Shown: positions 1-11,793 of the stretch, piece after piece
How the letters are laid out: each line of letters opens with the position of its first letter
Position numbering within the stretch: the stretch's first letter is position 1
From: Nitrospirota bacterium
GTDB lineage: Bacteria > Nitrospirota > UBA9217
DNA: 64,000 nt
Direction of reading: 5' to 3'
Assembly (NCBI GenBank): GCA_963741205.1
Contig: CAVUHW010000034.1
Span: forward strand, 1 to 64,000
Translations under genes and position numbers: made by a program
The notes under the pieces: model-generated
What the model was told of the DNA's origin: nothing
Database searches by the model: none
Seen by the model: only the letters and a program-made list of their open reading frames with translations

Positions 1-189
1 AAGCTCTTCGTTCGCGTCTCGCGCATTCAGACTCTGATTACTTCACCGGCACTCTCACCACCGCTTTTTGCAAAATTCCCTCATTCAGCCACCCTACCCG
101 AATGGGTAGTTCCCCTCGCTATAAAAAACCGGTATCCTCGCCGTGAACATTCTCAATTACCATCATGTTTCAGACAAGAGGAGGGTGTC

Positions 190-762
190 ATGATGAGGCT
201 GGAAGGGATGCGGGGGATCACCTTGGTGGAGCTTATCGTTGTTATCGCTATTATGGCGGTGCTAATGGGTTTTGCGTCAGCGGGGGTGGAAATGATCCGC
301 GGCGCTCGGGTAACGGGTGTGACACAGCGGCTTCTGGCTGATATCCAGATCGCACGGATACAGGCTATGACTCACGATGCCCACGGGTACGGAATACGCT
401 TTCCATCCTCCACGTCGTACGTTGTCTTCAGGTTCGATGACTGCAACGACAGCAATTCGTATAATGTCAATACATGCGACGGCTCCCGTGAGGAGGCAGA
501 CGCAACAGTAAAAAATCTTCCGCTGTCCGTGGCCTTGAAAAAAACAAATCCGACCTCCAATTTCAATAACGACATTCTTATTTTTGACCCGTGCGGCGTC
601 TCCAGGAATGCGAACTGGGCTTTTGGCAATATGACCATCATCGTCAAGAATGACACGGACCAGGACGGGATGAAGTGTATCAGTATTAGCGCAACCAGGG
701 TGCGTGAGGGGGTGTGGGGATGGGACCACAAGGCGAGTGTATACAAATGCCTTGGGACCTAA
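190..762 (+). CDS. GspH/FimT-like prepilin (type IV pilin N-methylation motif)
   Basis: G|ITLVELIVVIAIMAVL class III signal with E5; FimT-like 'LLADIQIARIQAM' helix. Confidence 0.85.
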   Translation: MMRLEGMRGITLVELIVVIAIMAVLMGFASAGVEMIRGARVTGVTQRLLADIQIARIQAMTHDAHGYGIRFPSSTSYVVFRFDDCNDSNSYNVNTCDGSREEADATVKNLPLSVALKKTNPTSNFNNDILIFDPCGVSRNANWAFGNMTIIVKNDTDQDGMKCISISATRVREGVWGWDHKASVYKCLGT

Positions 763-1009
763 TAACGTACCGAAAATGCAGCGATACGGATAGGCCGGAA
801 TAACATCAAAAAGCATGTTCGACTCTTCTGGGCCATCAAGCTTTGCTGGTTCATGCTTGCAATGGTGTATGTAACTCATTACATAAATAAGAAATATACC
901 CTTTATTTTCCTCCCCAGCCACCTCGTAAGTACCTAAAAAATAATAAAATAGTTATGGCTTTATTATTGCAGTTTGTTGTACTATTAAACTACGTCAGGA
1001 GCCGAGGAA

Positions 1010-1213
1010 ATGAGGCATTTCGTCGATAAATTTAGACTGACATGTCCTGATTGCGGGGCAATTGTAATAACAGATTCCCCGGAAGCTCTGACATGGGAAC
1101 TCTGCCCGTCCTGCAGGCGCCATGTCTGGGATGTCTATGACGTATTAATGGCGGAGGTCTATTCTTCCCGCTCGCAAGATTCCAGAAGCCTCGGCCTTCA
1201 TCAGGCCAATTGA
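1010..1213 (+). CDS. small zinc-ribbon protein
   Basis: 67 aa with CPDC and CPSC motifs; GAGG RBS upstream. Confidence 0.6.
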   Translation: MRHFVDKFRLTCPDCGAIVITDSPEALTWELCPSCRRHVWDVYDVLMAEVYSSRSQDSRSLGLHQAN

Positions 1214-1250
1214 ACAGGATATCACCAAACTACGATGGGGGATGTGATCT

Positions 1251-4200
1251 ATGAGGGTAATTGATAAATCCTTTAGCTTTGCGGCAGCCGTATTCATAAC
1301 AATACTATTTACCGCGTTGCCGGCCCAGCTGTTCGCTGCCTCAATGAGTGATTATTGCCTTATTCCTCCCTATGTAAAAAAAGATGTCAAGCCGAACGTT
1401 ATGGTCATTATGGACAACGCCGTCGATATGGGAGAACCGGCATATTGCGCCAAAGATGCGTCTTATTCATCGAACCATACTTGTACTGACAACTATATTC
1501 CTACCACGACGTACAACGGGTATTACAAACCTACATTAAAGTATTCGTACAGCGGCGGCAAATTTACTCCCGATACGAATGGTGTTTATTCCGGGAACCT
1601 CTTAAACTGGGCAACGACGAGCAAATACGACCTTCTCGAAAATATCCTGGTCGGCGGCATCTCCGTGTCGCGCCAAACGCAGATCAATACGCTGATCAGC
1701 AAGAGTAATGTCTGGCAGAAGACCCTTTCCTATGTTGTCAGCGGCAATACCCATACCTGTATCGTCAATGTGAACAATGCGAACATAGAGTTTACCGAAC
1801 CGACGAGCGGGTCGTGCGGTCTCCTGGACAGTCCCGCGACAGTGCCGCCCAATGATCCGGCTTTCGCTCTCATGGAAACGGATCTGAAGTTTGCTGAAAA
1901 TCCTCAGGCAGACCCGGAAAGCAGGACCCCGGCCGAACCTTCTGTTTTCAGGAGCGCGGCGAGTTCCGTTCTCCACGTTTTGACCTCTCTAGCGGACTTC
2001 CTTGTCTCGGACGCGGAGGCAGCGAGCCCGCTCAGGATATCAGGTGGACCGAGTAACCTTCCCAACGGGACGGAGTGCAGGGCCGGATATACCGTGACAA
2101 TCTCAGCCGCGGGCGGTACGAACAGCAGCTATACCTGGTCCATATACTCTGGCAATCTGCCCCCGGGGCTTGCCTTGGGCGCTTCCGGCACTCCCGATAC
2201 GACGATTTCAGGTACTCCGACAACCTCGAACACCAACGCCTATGATTTCACGATCCAGGTGACGGACAGTGGCGGCAATACCGACACAAAAAGTTATTCC
2301 ATTGTCGTAAATCCGGTGCCGTTTTCGATAACAACAGGGAGTCCTCTTTCGAACGGAATTTTAATGGATTTGTATAGCGCAACGCTAGCAGCCACTGCCG
2401 GCGTTTGCTCGCCCTATACCTGGAGCATCAGTGCCGGCAGCCTGCCGGGGGGCCTGACCATCAACAATGCTACCGGGGAGATCTCCGGTTCGCCCGACAC
2501 GTCCGGGACCTACTCATTCACCGTTTTTGTGCGCAATGCGCCTAATGTGGCCGATCCGACAAAGGGCCATTCTGCCACACAGAACTTTACTATAACGATC
2601 TACGACAATCCCCAACTCACGATAACGACCAACAGCCCCCTGCCGGATGGAGCAAAAAATCAGGCCTACAACACGACGATAACGGCAGTCCACGCCAATA
2701 ACGGGGTCAACTCCTGGAGTATCACATCCGGCTCATTACCGCCCGGGCTTACCTTTACGTGCTCCGGTTCGGGTACCGGGACCTGCTCGAGTTCAAATGT
2801 CAATACAGCCGTCCTTTCCGGCACACCCACATTGGCTGGGACCTACAATTTCACGATAACAGCCATCGACAATGGCCACGTAACGGCCTCCAAGGATTTT
2901 ACACTGATCATTACGACGGGCGCGATCAGAACAACCGGAAACCTGAACGTCAAGATCTGCGCGGGGACTATAATGTCAATTGCACCACGGCTGGCCATAA
3001 CAGCGGGTCCGGGCTCTTAAGAGCGGGCTCATCGACCAGTTCTGGTCACAGGCCCGGTTCGGGGTCATGGACTTCAGCAAGTCTCAGAACGTTTACTCCC
3101 AGCCGACGATGGAAAACTGTATTGAACAGTTCCCGAACGACACCCCGGACCCGGACTTTCTTGCCGCCGTGGAAAACGCGGTTTCCATCGATCCGACCAC
3201 GGTCCTGGTGAACGGGGAGTACGAGGCGATCAACTATTATCAAACGAACACGAGTAATAATTGCGATCCGTTTATAGGCGCGCAGCAGTGCACGAAAAGT
3301 TTCGTCCTGATCATTTCCGCGGGCGTGGGGGCAAACAATCCTCCGAGTGTCGAGACAAACCATACTCCGGAGGTATTCGACACCGGCATGCCGTCGGTCT
3401 GCTCGTCCGCAACCCTTACAAACCTCGCGAAGAACGCATGCTATGGATACAACTATCCTGATCTCCGGTTGGATCACCCCGGCCGGCAGTATGTGAGCAC
3501 ATACATCGTCAATACTATGGGGATCTTTACGTCTCCAAGTTATAATCCCAACAACGCCCCAGTCACGACGGGCGACGTTCTGATGCAGGCCGCGGTGAAA
3601 GGCGGCGGGACTTACTATGAGGTTCAGGACCCCGCCCTTCTGAAGGCGGAGTTAGAGAGAGCGCTCCAGGACATCATCAAACGCGCGGCTGCAGGCACCG
3701 CGGCATCGGTTTGGCCTCGGGCGAGGGCAGCGGCGCGAACCTGGTACAAGCCGTATTTTATCCTCGAAGGAAATTCGTGAACGACGAGATCGACTGGATC
3801 GGACGCCTGACCAATCTATGGTATTACGTGGACCCCAACCTTAACAGCAGCTCTATCAGGGAAGATGACGGCCTCCTCGATGCCGACGGCGCGAAAGTCC
3901 TTACCTTGAAAACCGACCAGACCTCCGGCACCGTCATCATGATAATATCGTTCAGCTCTTTTTCGATACGACGAACGAAGTTACCAAGGCCCACAGGTGG
4001 AAAGATACGAACGGGGACGGAATCATCGATGATCAGATATTGCCTGATATTGATTTCGAGTCAATCGGCAATCTGTGGGAGGCGGGAGGCCTTCTGTGGA
4101 GCCGCTCGGATCCTCGAACCATCTACACGACCACCGGGAGCGGACGCATCGACTTCTCGACCGGCAACGCATCCGGCCTAAGGTCCTATCTTAGGGTCAC

Positions 4201-6130
4201 GAAAACGACGAAGCCGAGGCGATCATTCGCTACGTGCAGGGCGAGGACAATCCCGTTGTTACCGGCGTCACGTGGACGTACCGGACCCGCTCGGTCAAGA
4301 TGAGCGACACAGGGTCCCTATAAGACCTGGAAACTGGGAGACGTGCTCAATTCCACACCGAAGATTTCGTCCTGGCTCCCGCTCAACACATACCATAAAA
4401 TGTATGCTGACAATACGTACGGCGTTCCAGGTCAGGACCCGTCGCTCGCGGTTGCCGCGAACAATGCCATTACATCACCTCGGACACCCCCAACGGCGGC
4501 TACCGGGGGAGAAACATGATCTTCGCTGGCGCCAATGACGGCATGCTCCATGCGTTCAAGCTCGGCACGCTGGAATTGAAATGGACCGGCCAGGGAGATT
4601 TCGACAAGGCGCGGATGACGGGCACGGACCTGGGAAAAGAAATCTGGGCTTTCATTCCCAAACATGCGCTGCCGTATCTGAAATACACCGCCGATCCAAG
4701 CTATTGCCATGTTTATACGCTCGATCTGACGCCGTTTATATTTGATGCGAGCATTGGCGCCCCCGGTGACGGCGACGTATCGAATACCGATCGGACCGTG
4801 AGCCACTGGCGGACAATCCTCATCGGCGGGATGAGGTACGGAGGGGGGTGCCGCAAGACGTGCGCTCCTGGAGGGAACTGCGTCAATACGCCGGCCGTTG
4901 ATCCTGATCCGGCAGCAACAGACGCGGACGGAACCAGAAAAGGGCTGGGCTACTCCTCCTATTTCGCCCTTGATATCACGGACCAGAACAACCCGGTGGT
5001 CCTTTGGGAGTTCGCCGATGATCGCCTGGGGTACTCCACGACCGGTCCGACGATTTTGCGTGTGAGCGTAAAAGACGGCTCCAACAATCCCGTGCCGGGT
5101 AAAAACGGCAAATGGTTCGTCGTTATTGGTTCCGGGCCTACCGGTCCGATCGATACGACGGGCAAACAGTTCCTTGGCAGGTCCGACCAGCAATTGCGGC
5201 TTTTCGTTCTCGACCTCAAGACCGGAAATCTCCTGCGGACCATCGAGACTGACTGGAACAACAACAGTCTGCCGGCCAATGCCTTTGCCGGATCCATGCT
5301 GAACTCCAGTTTGGATACGGACCTGGATTATCAGGACGACGTCGTCTACATACCGTATGTGAAGATGGCAGGCTCTACCTGGACGGACGGAGGGGTCTTA
5401 CGGCTTTCTACCAAAGAGGACACGAACCCTGGAAACTGGGAGGTGAGCACGCTGATTGACGGGATAGGTCCTGTTACGTCCGCCGTTTCAAAGCTCCAGA
5501 ATAATTCCTCACATGCCCTATGGGTTTTCTTCGGGACAGGGAGATATTATTATTCCCAAAGTGGCGTTGCCGATGACGCCACAGGTGCGCGTCGGCTGTT
5601 CGGGGTCAAGGAACCCTGCTTTGGAACCAACGGCTTCGGTCCGTCCTGTCACTCATCGGCCGGAGTATTGGACAATGTCACGAATATCGGTGATGTGCAG
5701 ACAAATCCGGATTCGAGACCCGGCTGGTTCATAAATCTGGACCTCAGCGGCGTGCCCGATGCATCGGTATATGCAGAACGGGTCATCACTGACCCGCTGG
5801 CGGCCACGACGGGCGTGGTGTTCTTCACTACCTTCAAGCCCTACAGCGATCGAATGCGCGCTGGGCGGCACAGAGCTCCATCTGGGCGGTGAAGTACAAT
5901 CGGGCGGTGACGCCAGCGCCCTGCTCAAAGGGCAGGCGCTCATACAGGTGTCCACCGGCAGCATCGAGCAGTTGAAACTGTCCGAGGCATTCAAAGAAGC
6001 GTTACCGGCCTGAATACCGGCAACAGAAAAACAACGGGGATGGAAGGTGTTCCTCCTACCGCTCAGGGACTTTCCATCATCGACAACGCCGGCGCCGGTC
6101 AAGAGGATCCTCCATGTCAAGGAACGATAA
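1251..6130 (+). CDS. pilY1: type IV pilus tip adhesin PilY1/PilC with internal Ig-like (He_PIG) repeats; several frameshifts
   Basis: Signal peptide, 'YCLIPPYV..KPNVM', three 'Y.WSI..G.LPPGL..ISGTP..GTY.FT' Ig repeats, PilY1 beta-propeller motifs (WKLGD..NSTP, GANDGMLHAF, W.FIP, FGTGR). Joined from ORFs 1251-3020, 3067-3780, 3711-4181, 4516-5892; TAA at 6128-6130. Confidence 0.85.
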
Positions 6131-6137
6131 GCGAATA

Positions 6138-6641
6138 ATGAGCAAGGAGCGGGTTTTCGCTGATAGAGCTCCTCACCGTCGTCGTCATCCTCAGCGATTC
6201 TGATCGCCATCGCCGGCTTCTACGGTCATAATATGCTGTTAGGGTCCAGGTGGAAAACCAGACGAGAGAAATGTTCAGCGATTTAATGAATGCCAGGGTA
6301 AGCGCCATGCAGAGAAACAGGGTATTTTTTGTGACCCTTTCAGCAAACCAGTACGCGATTTACGAGGACACGAGATCCTGAAATCAGCCGATGGAGATGG
6401 CTTACTCGACACGGGAGGGGACACTCGCCGTGATTCAGAAGACAACGAGTTATGCCCTTGCAACGAGCGGTACCATTACTTGTTTAATTTTGCTGCATGC
6501 GGTACCTGCGACCTGGCGTCCGCGCCGACCAATACGATTCACATCGTTTCGACCGCGGCCCCCAACTTCGACTGCATTATATTATCAACTACAAGAATAC
6601 TGATGGGGAAATGGAATGGAACGGATTGCAGTCCTCAATAA
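6138..6641 (+). CDS. FimU/FimT-like minor pilin (frameshifted)
   Basis: GFSLIELLTVVVIL prepilin motif and 'MFSDLMNARVSAMQ' across frames. Confidence 0.65.
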
Positions 6642-7019
6642 AAAAGAGGAATGACGTTTATAGAGGTCATGATCGCACTCGTGATCCTCATGGTAGTCTC
6701 TCTGGCGCTCATGCAGACGGCGCTTTTGGGAATTCGCGAGAATTTGAGAAACGCCATGCGTGACGAGGCGGTGAATATAGCGGACCAGAGGATGAACGAG
6801 CTGCGGAATACAGATTTTAACAGTCCTGATCTCGTCTCCATGCGGGACTGAACAATAATTTCACGGACCTTTCGGGCGGCCAATGTGACCTTACGCCTAC
6901 GCGAACAGTCACAACATCGGCACGGACATGACCACAAAACAAATTACCATATCGGTATCGTGGGTTTTGCGGGGCAGTCCTACGCTCACAACGTGACCAC
7001 GATCATGAGGCAGCAATGA
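6616..7019 (+). CDS. pilV: PilV-like minor pilin (frameshifted)
   Basis: GMTFIEVMIALVIL..MRDEAVNIADQRMNELR. Confidence 0.7.
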
Positions 7020-8097
7020 ATAAGCGAAATGCGGGCTTTACCCTGGTGGAAATGCTGATCGTCATTGCGATCTTCGGCTTCATCCTTGTGGGCACCTCGG
7101 ACATGTTCATCAGCATGCTGAAAACCCACCGGCAGCAGAGCAGAATTACCGAAACCAATATAGAGGGGATCATCGGTCTTGAGCTCCTGCGCCAGGACCT
7201 CGGAAAAGCGGGGTTTGGGCTGCCATGGAACATGGGAGGGTTCACTTACAGTAGTGAAGACAGCGGCAACCCCTATGGTCTTAACGATGCGCCGCCGAAT
7301 CCTCCGCGCGGGATCGTGAGCTCAGATGGACGGTGGCGCTTGAACGGCACGGACTACCTTGTGATAAGAGCGGCAAATGTCGCTACAAATAAGGCATGCG
7401 GCAGATGGACGTTCCTGGACAGCTCCCCGACCGCCACCACCACCGGTTGGTCGCTATCAAGCGAAAATTTTGACTCCGACTGATCGAGTCATCATCATTT
7501 CGCCGGGCGCGGCCGCTGCATCCGCAAGAACCCTGATATCGTCAGGCACACAATTCAGTTCTGTCGCAGGTTTCGCGGCGCCCATTTCAGGACCGGAGAC
7601 GAGAATCGTCTACGGCATTGACACGACCACGAACCTGAGATGCCCTTTAACAGGGCAGACTACTTTGTCATGCAGCCTTCGTCTACAGAGATGCCCAAGC
7701 GCTGCGCCGAGGGAACGGAATTCTGTATAAGGCGGTAGTGAACCAGGGCGGCGGACGGATTTACGTACATGCCGCTTTTGGACTGCGTTGCGGACATGCA
7801 GGTAATCTTCACGGTATACGGACGATACGGGCAATTTAACGACGATAAACACCTACGATGATATATCACTGCTTCCCGGTGCAGCGGCGATTCGCAGCCA
7901 GGTCAAAGAGGTCAGGGTATTTATTCTGGCGCACGAAGGCCAGAAAGACACGTTACCAGCATCCGGTCGCCCAATCCATGTCGGCGATCCCTGGCTCATG
8001 GGAGGGATTTCAACTTAAGCACGATGGTATCACCGATTGGCAGAATTACCGGTGGAAAATCTATACGTTGGTTGTCAGACTGGAAAACCTCAGTTAA
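7016..8097 (+). CDS. pilW: PilW-like minor pilin (frameshifted)
   Basis: GFTLVEMLIVIAIF, LRQDLGKAGFGLP, LLDCVADMQV, C-terminal NYRWKIYTLVV. Confidence 0.75.
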
Positions 8098-8200
8098 TTT
8101 TCGCGGGATTCAACGGGTAAACAAAAATATGGATACAGTCACAGAGCAAAAAGCCGTATCTTTCGTTCCTTCTTTAAATTGTCGGCAAAGGAAGGTGGGG

Positions 8201-8888
8201 ATGGAAACCGCGCCGTCATACGGCATAGAAATCCGAAAAAGGGATGGTTCTCGTAGTGGTACTGGTATTGTCCGGCGGTAGCCCTGGCGCTCATAACGGC
8301 GTTGATCTATATGATTACCTCTGGGAACGCAGATTTCCGGGTTCCAGAAACGATACAAGACTTCCCTTGAGGCGGCCAAGGGCGGAAGTGATTTAGTTTA
8401 CCAACTCGTGGGAAAAAGGGGAGACAACGCGGATACCGACCTGTTCAAAAACAATTTGATCCTATCGGGGTTAAATCCGTCCATTACCCCTGTTGACCTC
8501 GTCTTGCTCCGGCACTTCGCTGAGTGGATTCGCAATACCCGGCATTGCAAGCCAAACTCCTGACTCCGACGACATCGTGGACTTACAATTGCGATCAATC
8601 CCTTTCCATCGATCCCAGCAACCCGCAACGTATGATATGAAATTGGAATTAGGTATAACGAACAAATACAATTTTTACGCCAAAATAGTCAACACCGTTG
8701 AAGGGAATACAGGGCCAGATGAAACCGGAGGCGGCACCGACGGCCTTCTCAACAAGGGCGTCGTTTCATCCGGGGTCGGGGAAATACCGGTGATGCAGAA
8801 GCCTTATCTGTACGCCATGGAGGTTGTCGCATCAAACAGCACGAATACGAGCGAACGTTCGAAATTTTCAATCCTTTACCAGTATTGA
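8201..8888 (+). CDS. pilX: PilX-like pilus assembly protein (frameshifted)
   Basis: KGMVLVVVLVL..ISG.QKRYKTSLEAAKGG across frames; last gene of the minor pilin run. Confidence 0.65.
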
Positions 8889-8956
8889 TGCAGCATTGTT
8901 GCTAGTTATCTCGCGATGAAACGATTTTACTTGTGTTCAGTATCCACTCGCCTATC

Positions 8957-9869
8957 ATGCGCAATATTTATTTGTTATTGTTAGTATCGTTTTTCATTCT
9001 TTCCTGCACTTCCGGCAAGCAGACAGGGCAAGACCGGAATACCTCGGAATAAACGAAATCGCCACCAATACCGCGGAACCTTCCGCTTCCCACACGATTG
9101 ATCAGTATGCGTTGGAAATCTCGCCGAAAACTGCTGTCCGGGATACGACGGTAAACCTGATCGTTACCGGTTTCGATGTTCGCGACGCCAGGATCGAATG
9201 GCTTATCAATGGAGCGATTGCGGAAAGCGCCAACCCGACTCAATTCAGGTTATCAGATGCTCGAAGAGGGGATACGCTGCAGGCGAGGGCCTTCATCGGC
9301 GGCAGGGTAATACTGTCAAACGAAGTAGAGATTGTGAACGCCTTGCCCGAGATCACCAACATCAGACTTCTCCCGGAGGCATTCAAGCCCGGCGATGCCC
9401 TGAGCGTTGCAGCCGAGGGAAAAGATCCGGACGGGGACAACGTAACGTTTTTATATGAATGGACGGTAAACGGCAAACCCGCCGGCAACAAGGAGAAGAT
9501 AGAGGCCCCGATAAAAAGAGGAGACAAAGTTTGTATCAGGGTAACGCCCTGTGATCCGGAGGGTCCGGGCCGCATCCGTTCGTGCTGAACAGGGAAATTC
9601 AAAATCATCCTCCGATCATTCAGGAACACCGGGAATTCAATTTTGACGGAACGGTGTATACCTATCAGGTAAAGGCGTCCGACCCGGATGGCGACGCTCT
9701 CGTTTACTCATTGGAGGGGGCGCCGGACGGCATGTCGATAGACAAGTCTACGGGCTTGATAACGTGGAAGGTCCCTGCGGAGTTCAAGGGCGATGCCGGC
9801 GCAACAGCCGTGGTGAATGACGGCAATGGCGGTATTGCCCGGTACAATCTGAAAATATCCATCAAGTAG
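8957..9869 (+). CDS. putative Ig-domain lipoprotein (frameshifted)
   Basis: Lipobox-like FILSC; DPDGD motifs and 'APDGMSID.STG.ITW' He_PIG signature. Confidence 0.65.
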
Positions 9870-9911
9870 TATTCTTTCCGCCTGTTTCCCTCATGTCCAA
9901 TTGTCTCAGCT

Positions 9912-10488
9912 ATGAAGAAAAAACCCTCCATCATCCTTGCCTCAGCCTCTCCTCGCCGAAGCAGCCTCCTGCGTCAGCTCGGCCTACGATTTACGACGCG
10001 CCCACTGATGTGGATGAGCGTGTCCGTCCGGGCGAGACGCCGGAGGAGTATGCCGGGCGGCTGTCCCTTGAAAAAGCCCGGGCTGCCGCCGTCACGGCCG
10101 GCAAGGGCATTGTCATCGCAGCGGACACGATCGTCGTTCTGGATAACGAGATCCTCGGAAAACCCTGGACGCAGAGGACGCCATCCGCATGCTGTCCATG
10201 CTGTCGGGAAGAACCCACCGGGTCATAACCGCGCTCACGGTCATGGACGCCTCAACCGGGAAAATAATGACCAGATCGTCGCAGACCAAGGTAAGGTTTC
10301 GCCGGCTTTCCGCGGAGCAGATCGCATCGTATGTCCGACCGGTGAACCGCTCGACAAGGCAGGAGCCTACGGCATCCAGGGAAAAGGCGCCCTTCTCGTC
10401 AGCCGGATCGAAGGCTGCTATTTCAACGTCGTCGGGCTTCCAGTCTCGATTTTGGGAGATGCTAGGAATTCGGCGTCAGTTCCTGTGA
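9912..10488 (+). CDS. maf: Maf nucleoside triphosphate pyrophosphatase (frameshifted)
   Basis: [36 protein letters not shown]. Confidence 0.9.
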
Positions 10489-10694
10489 CTAGACGAAAAG
10501 ACGAACGACTTAAACGATTGTCAATCCTGCCCTGATGGTTACACTCTGCCGATGCCCGGACACGCGGAACTGGTATGTTTTTTTAATAAATAACTAAATT
10601 TCCCTCCTGCCTTGACAGACCCATCCTGCGTCTTAAAATAGTATTAGAGAGTTTAATAGAAGCGTGTAGGTCTTTTACTACGGAGGTACTAAAG

Positions 10695-11338
10695 GTGTTA
10701 CCTATTCGTATCATGATAGCCGTGGGCGACGCGGCAGAAATGCAGACAGTGTCGTCACTCTTACGTCGGGAAGGGGATATTGAAGTCGTTTCAACCGTTT
10801 CTTCGCGGGAAACCGCCATCAAGCAGCTGTCCAACTCCCCTGACGTGCTGGTACTCGATCCGGAAATCCTGAAGGGCCATACGCTTTCGCGCTTTATCAG
10901 ATCGATCCAGACACGATCTCCTCACACAAGGGTCATGTATCTTTTCGGCAACGTACCGCCGGATGAAAGTATCATTGCCGATATCAAGACGGGGATCAGG
11001 GGATATTTCAAGACCACCGATACCCCGGCGACCATAATAAAGGCAATCCATGCGGTTCAACGGGCGAAATATGGGCTGAGCGAAGGATACTGGAAAAGGC
11101 CATCGAAAAGCCGATGCTTCTGCCCGAAACACTACAGACCCACGTGCCGGGCCTTCCGCCGTTGACGAACAGGGAAATGGAAGTCCTTACCATGGTGTTG
11201 CAGGGCGCATCGAACAGGGAAATTGCGGACAGCAACAGCATCAGCGAAAGAACGGTCAAGACCCATCTCTACCGGGTCTACAGGAAGCTGAATGTGAAAA
11301 GCAGGACCAAGGCGATTGCCCTGCTGTCACATTCATAA
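10695..11338 (+). CDS. NarL/LuxR-family response regulator with atypical receiver (frameshift near 11060)
   Basis: C-terminal HTH LTNREMEVL..SNREIA..ISERTVKTHL..KL. Confidence 0.85.
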
Positions 11339-11375
11339 ACTTTCTGCACTTCCGGAAAATACAACTTTCGACGTA

Positions 11376-11403
11376 TTGACTTAGTATGCGCGGTTGTTAT
11401 TCT
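11376..11403 (+). promoter_or_regulatory. sigma70-type promoter upstream of candidate ncRNA
   Basis: TTGACT-16 bp-TATTCT with extended -10 TG. Confidence 0.5.
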
Positions 11404-11409
11404 TGAAGC

Positions 11410-11647
11410 AAAGACTGCGCTGGTCGAAACTCATTGTCCGGTGACAGTGACAACAGCGGCAAACTTCTTCCCCCCAACCCGGTTCATGCCGCGAGATGAG
11501 TACCAACGCGATGTCACGGACAATGGAGGTCAGAACCTTCACCTAGGCGTGCGACACCAGAAGAACGGCGCGGTCTATAGAGGCGTCTCGATGCCGCAGC
11601 GACGAGAGAATCTCTCATCAAGGCTAATCGGGACGCCTTGTTTTTTT
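11410..11647 (+). ncRNA. candidate structured non-coding RNA, family not recognised
   Basis: Nested stems 11412-22/11566-76, 11432-46/11512-25, 11456-61/11487-92; terminal hairpin 11581-92/11627-38 followed by a T run. Confidence 0.55.
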
Positions 11648-11793
11648 AGGGCGGGAAGGTAATTTATCCGGTACCCCGAATTGTCATCCTCGTTTGCTCC
11701 ATCGGGGATCCAATTGACGTTAACAATGGATTCCCGCTCGAAGTATTGCGGGAATGATACCAATCTCATCGCTATTATTCTGAGACTGAATAT

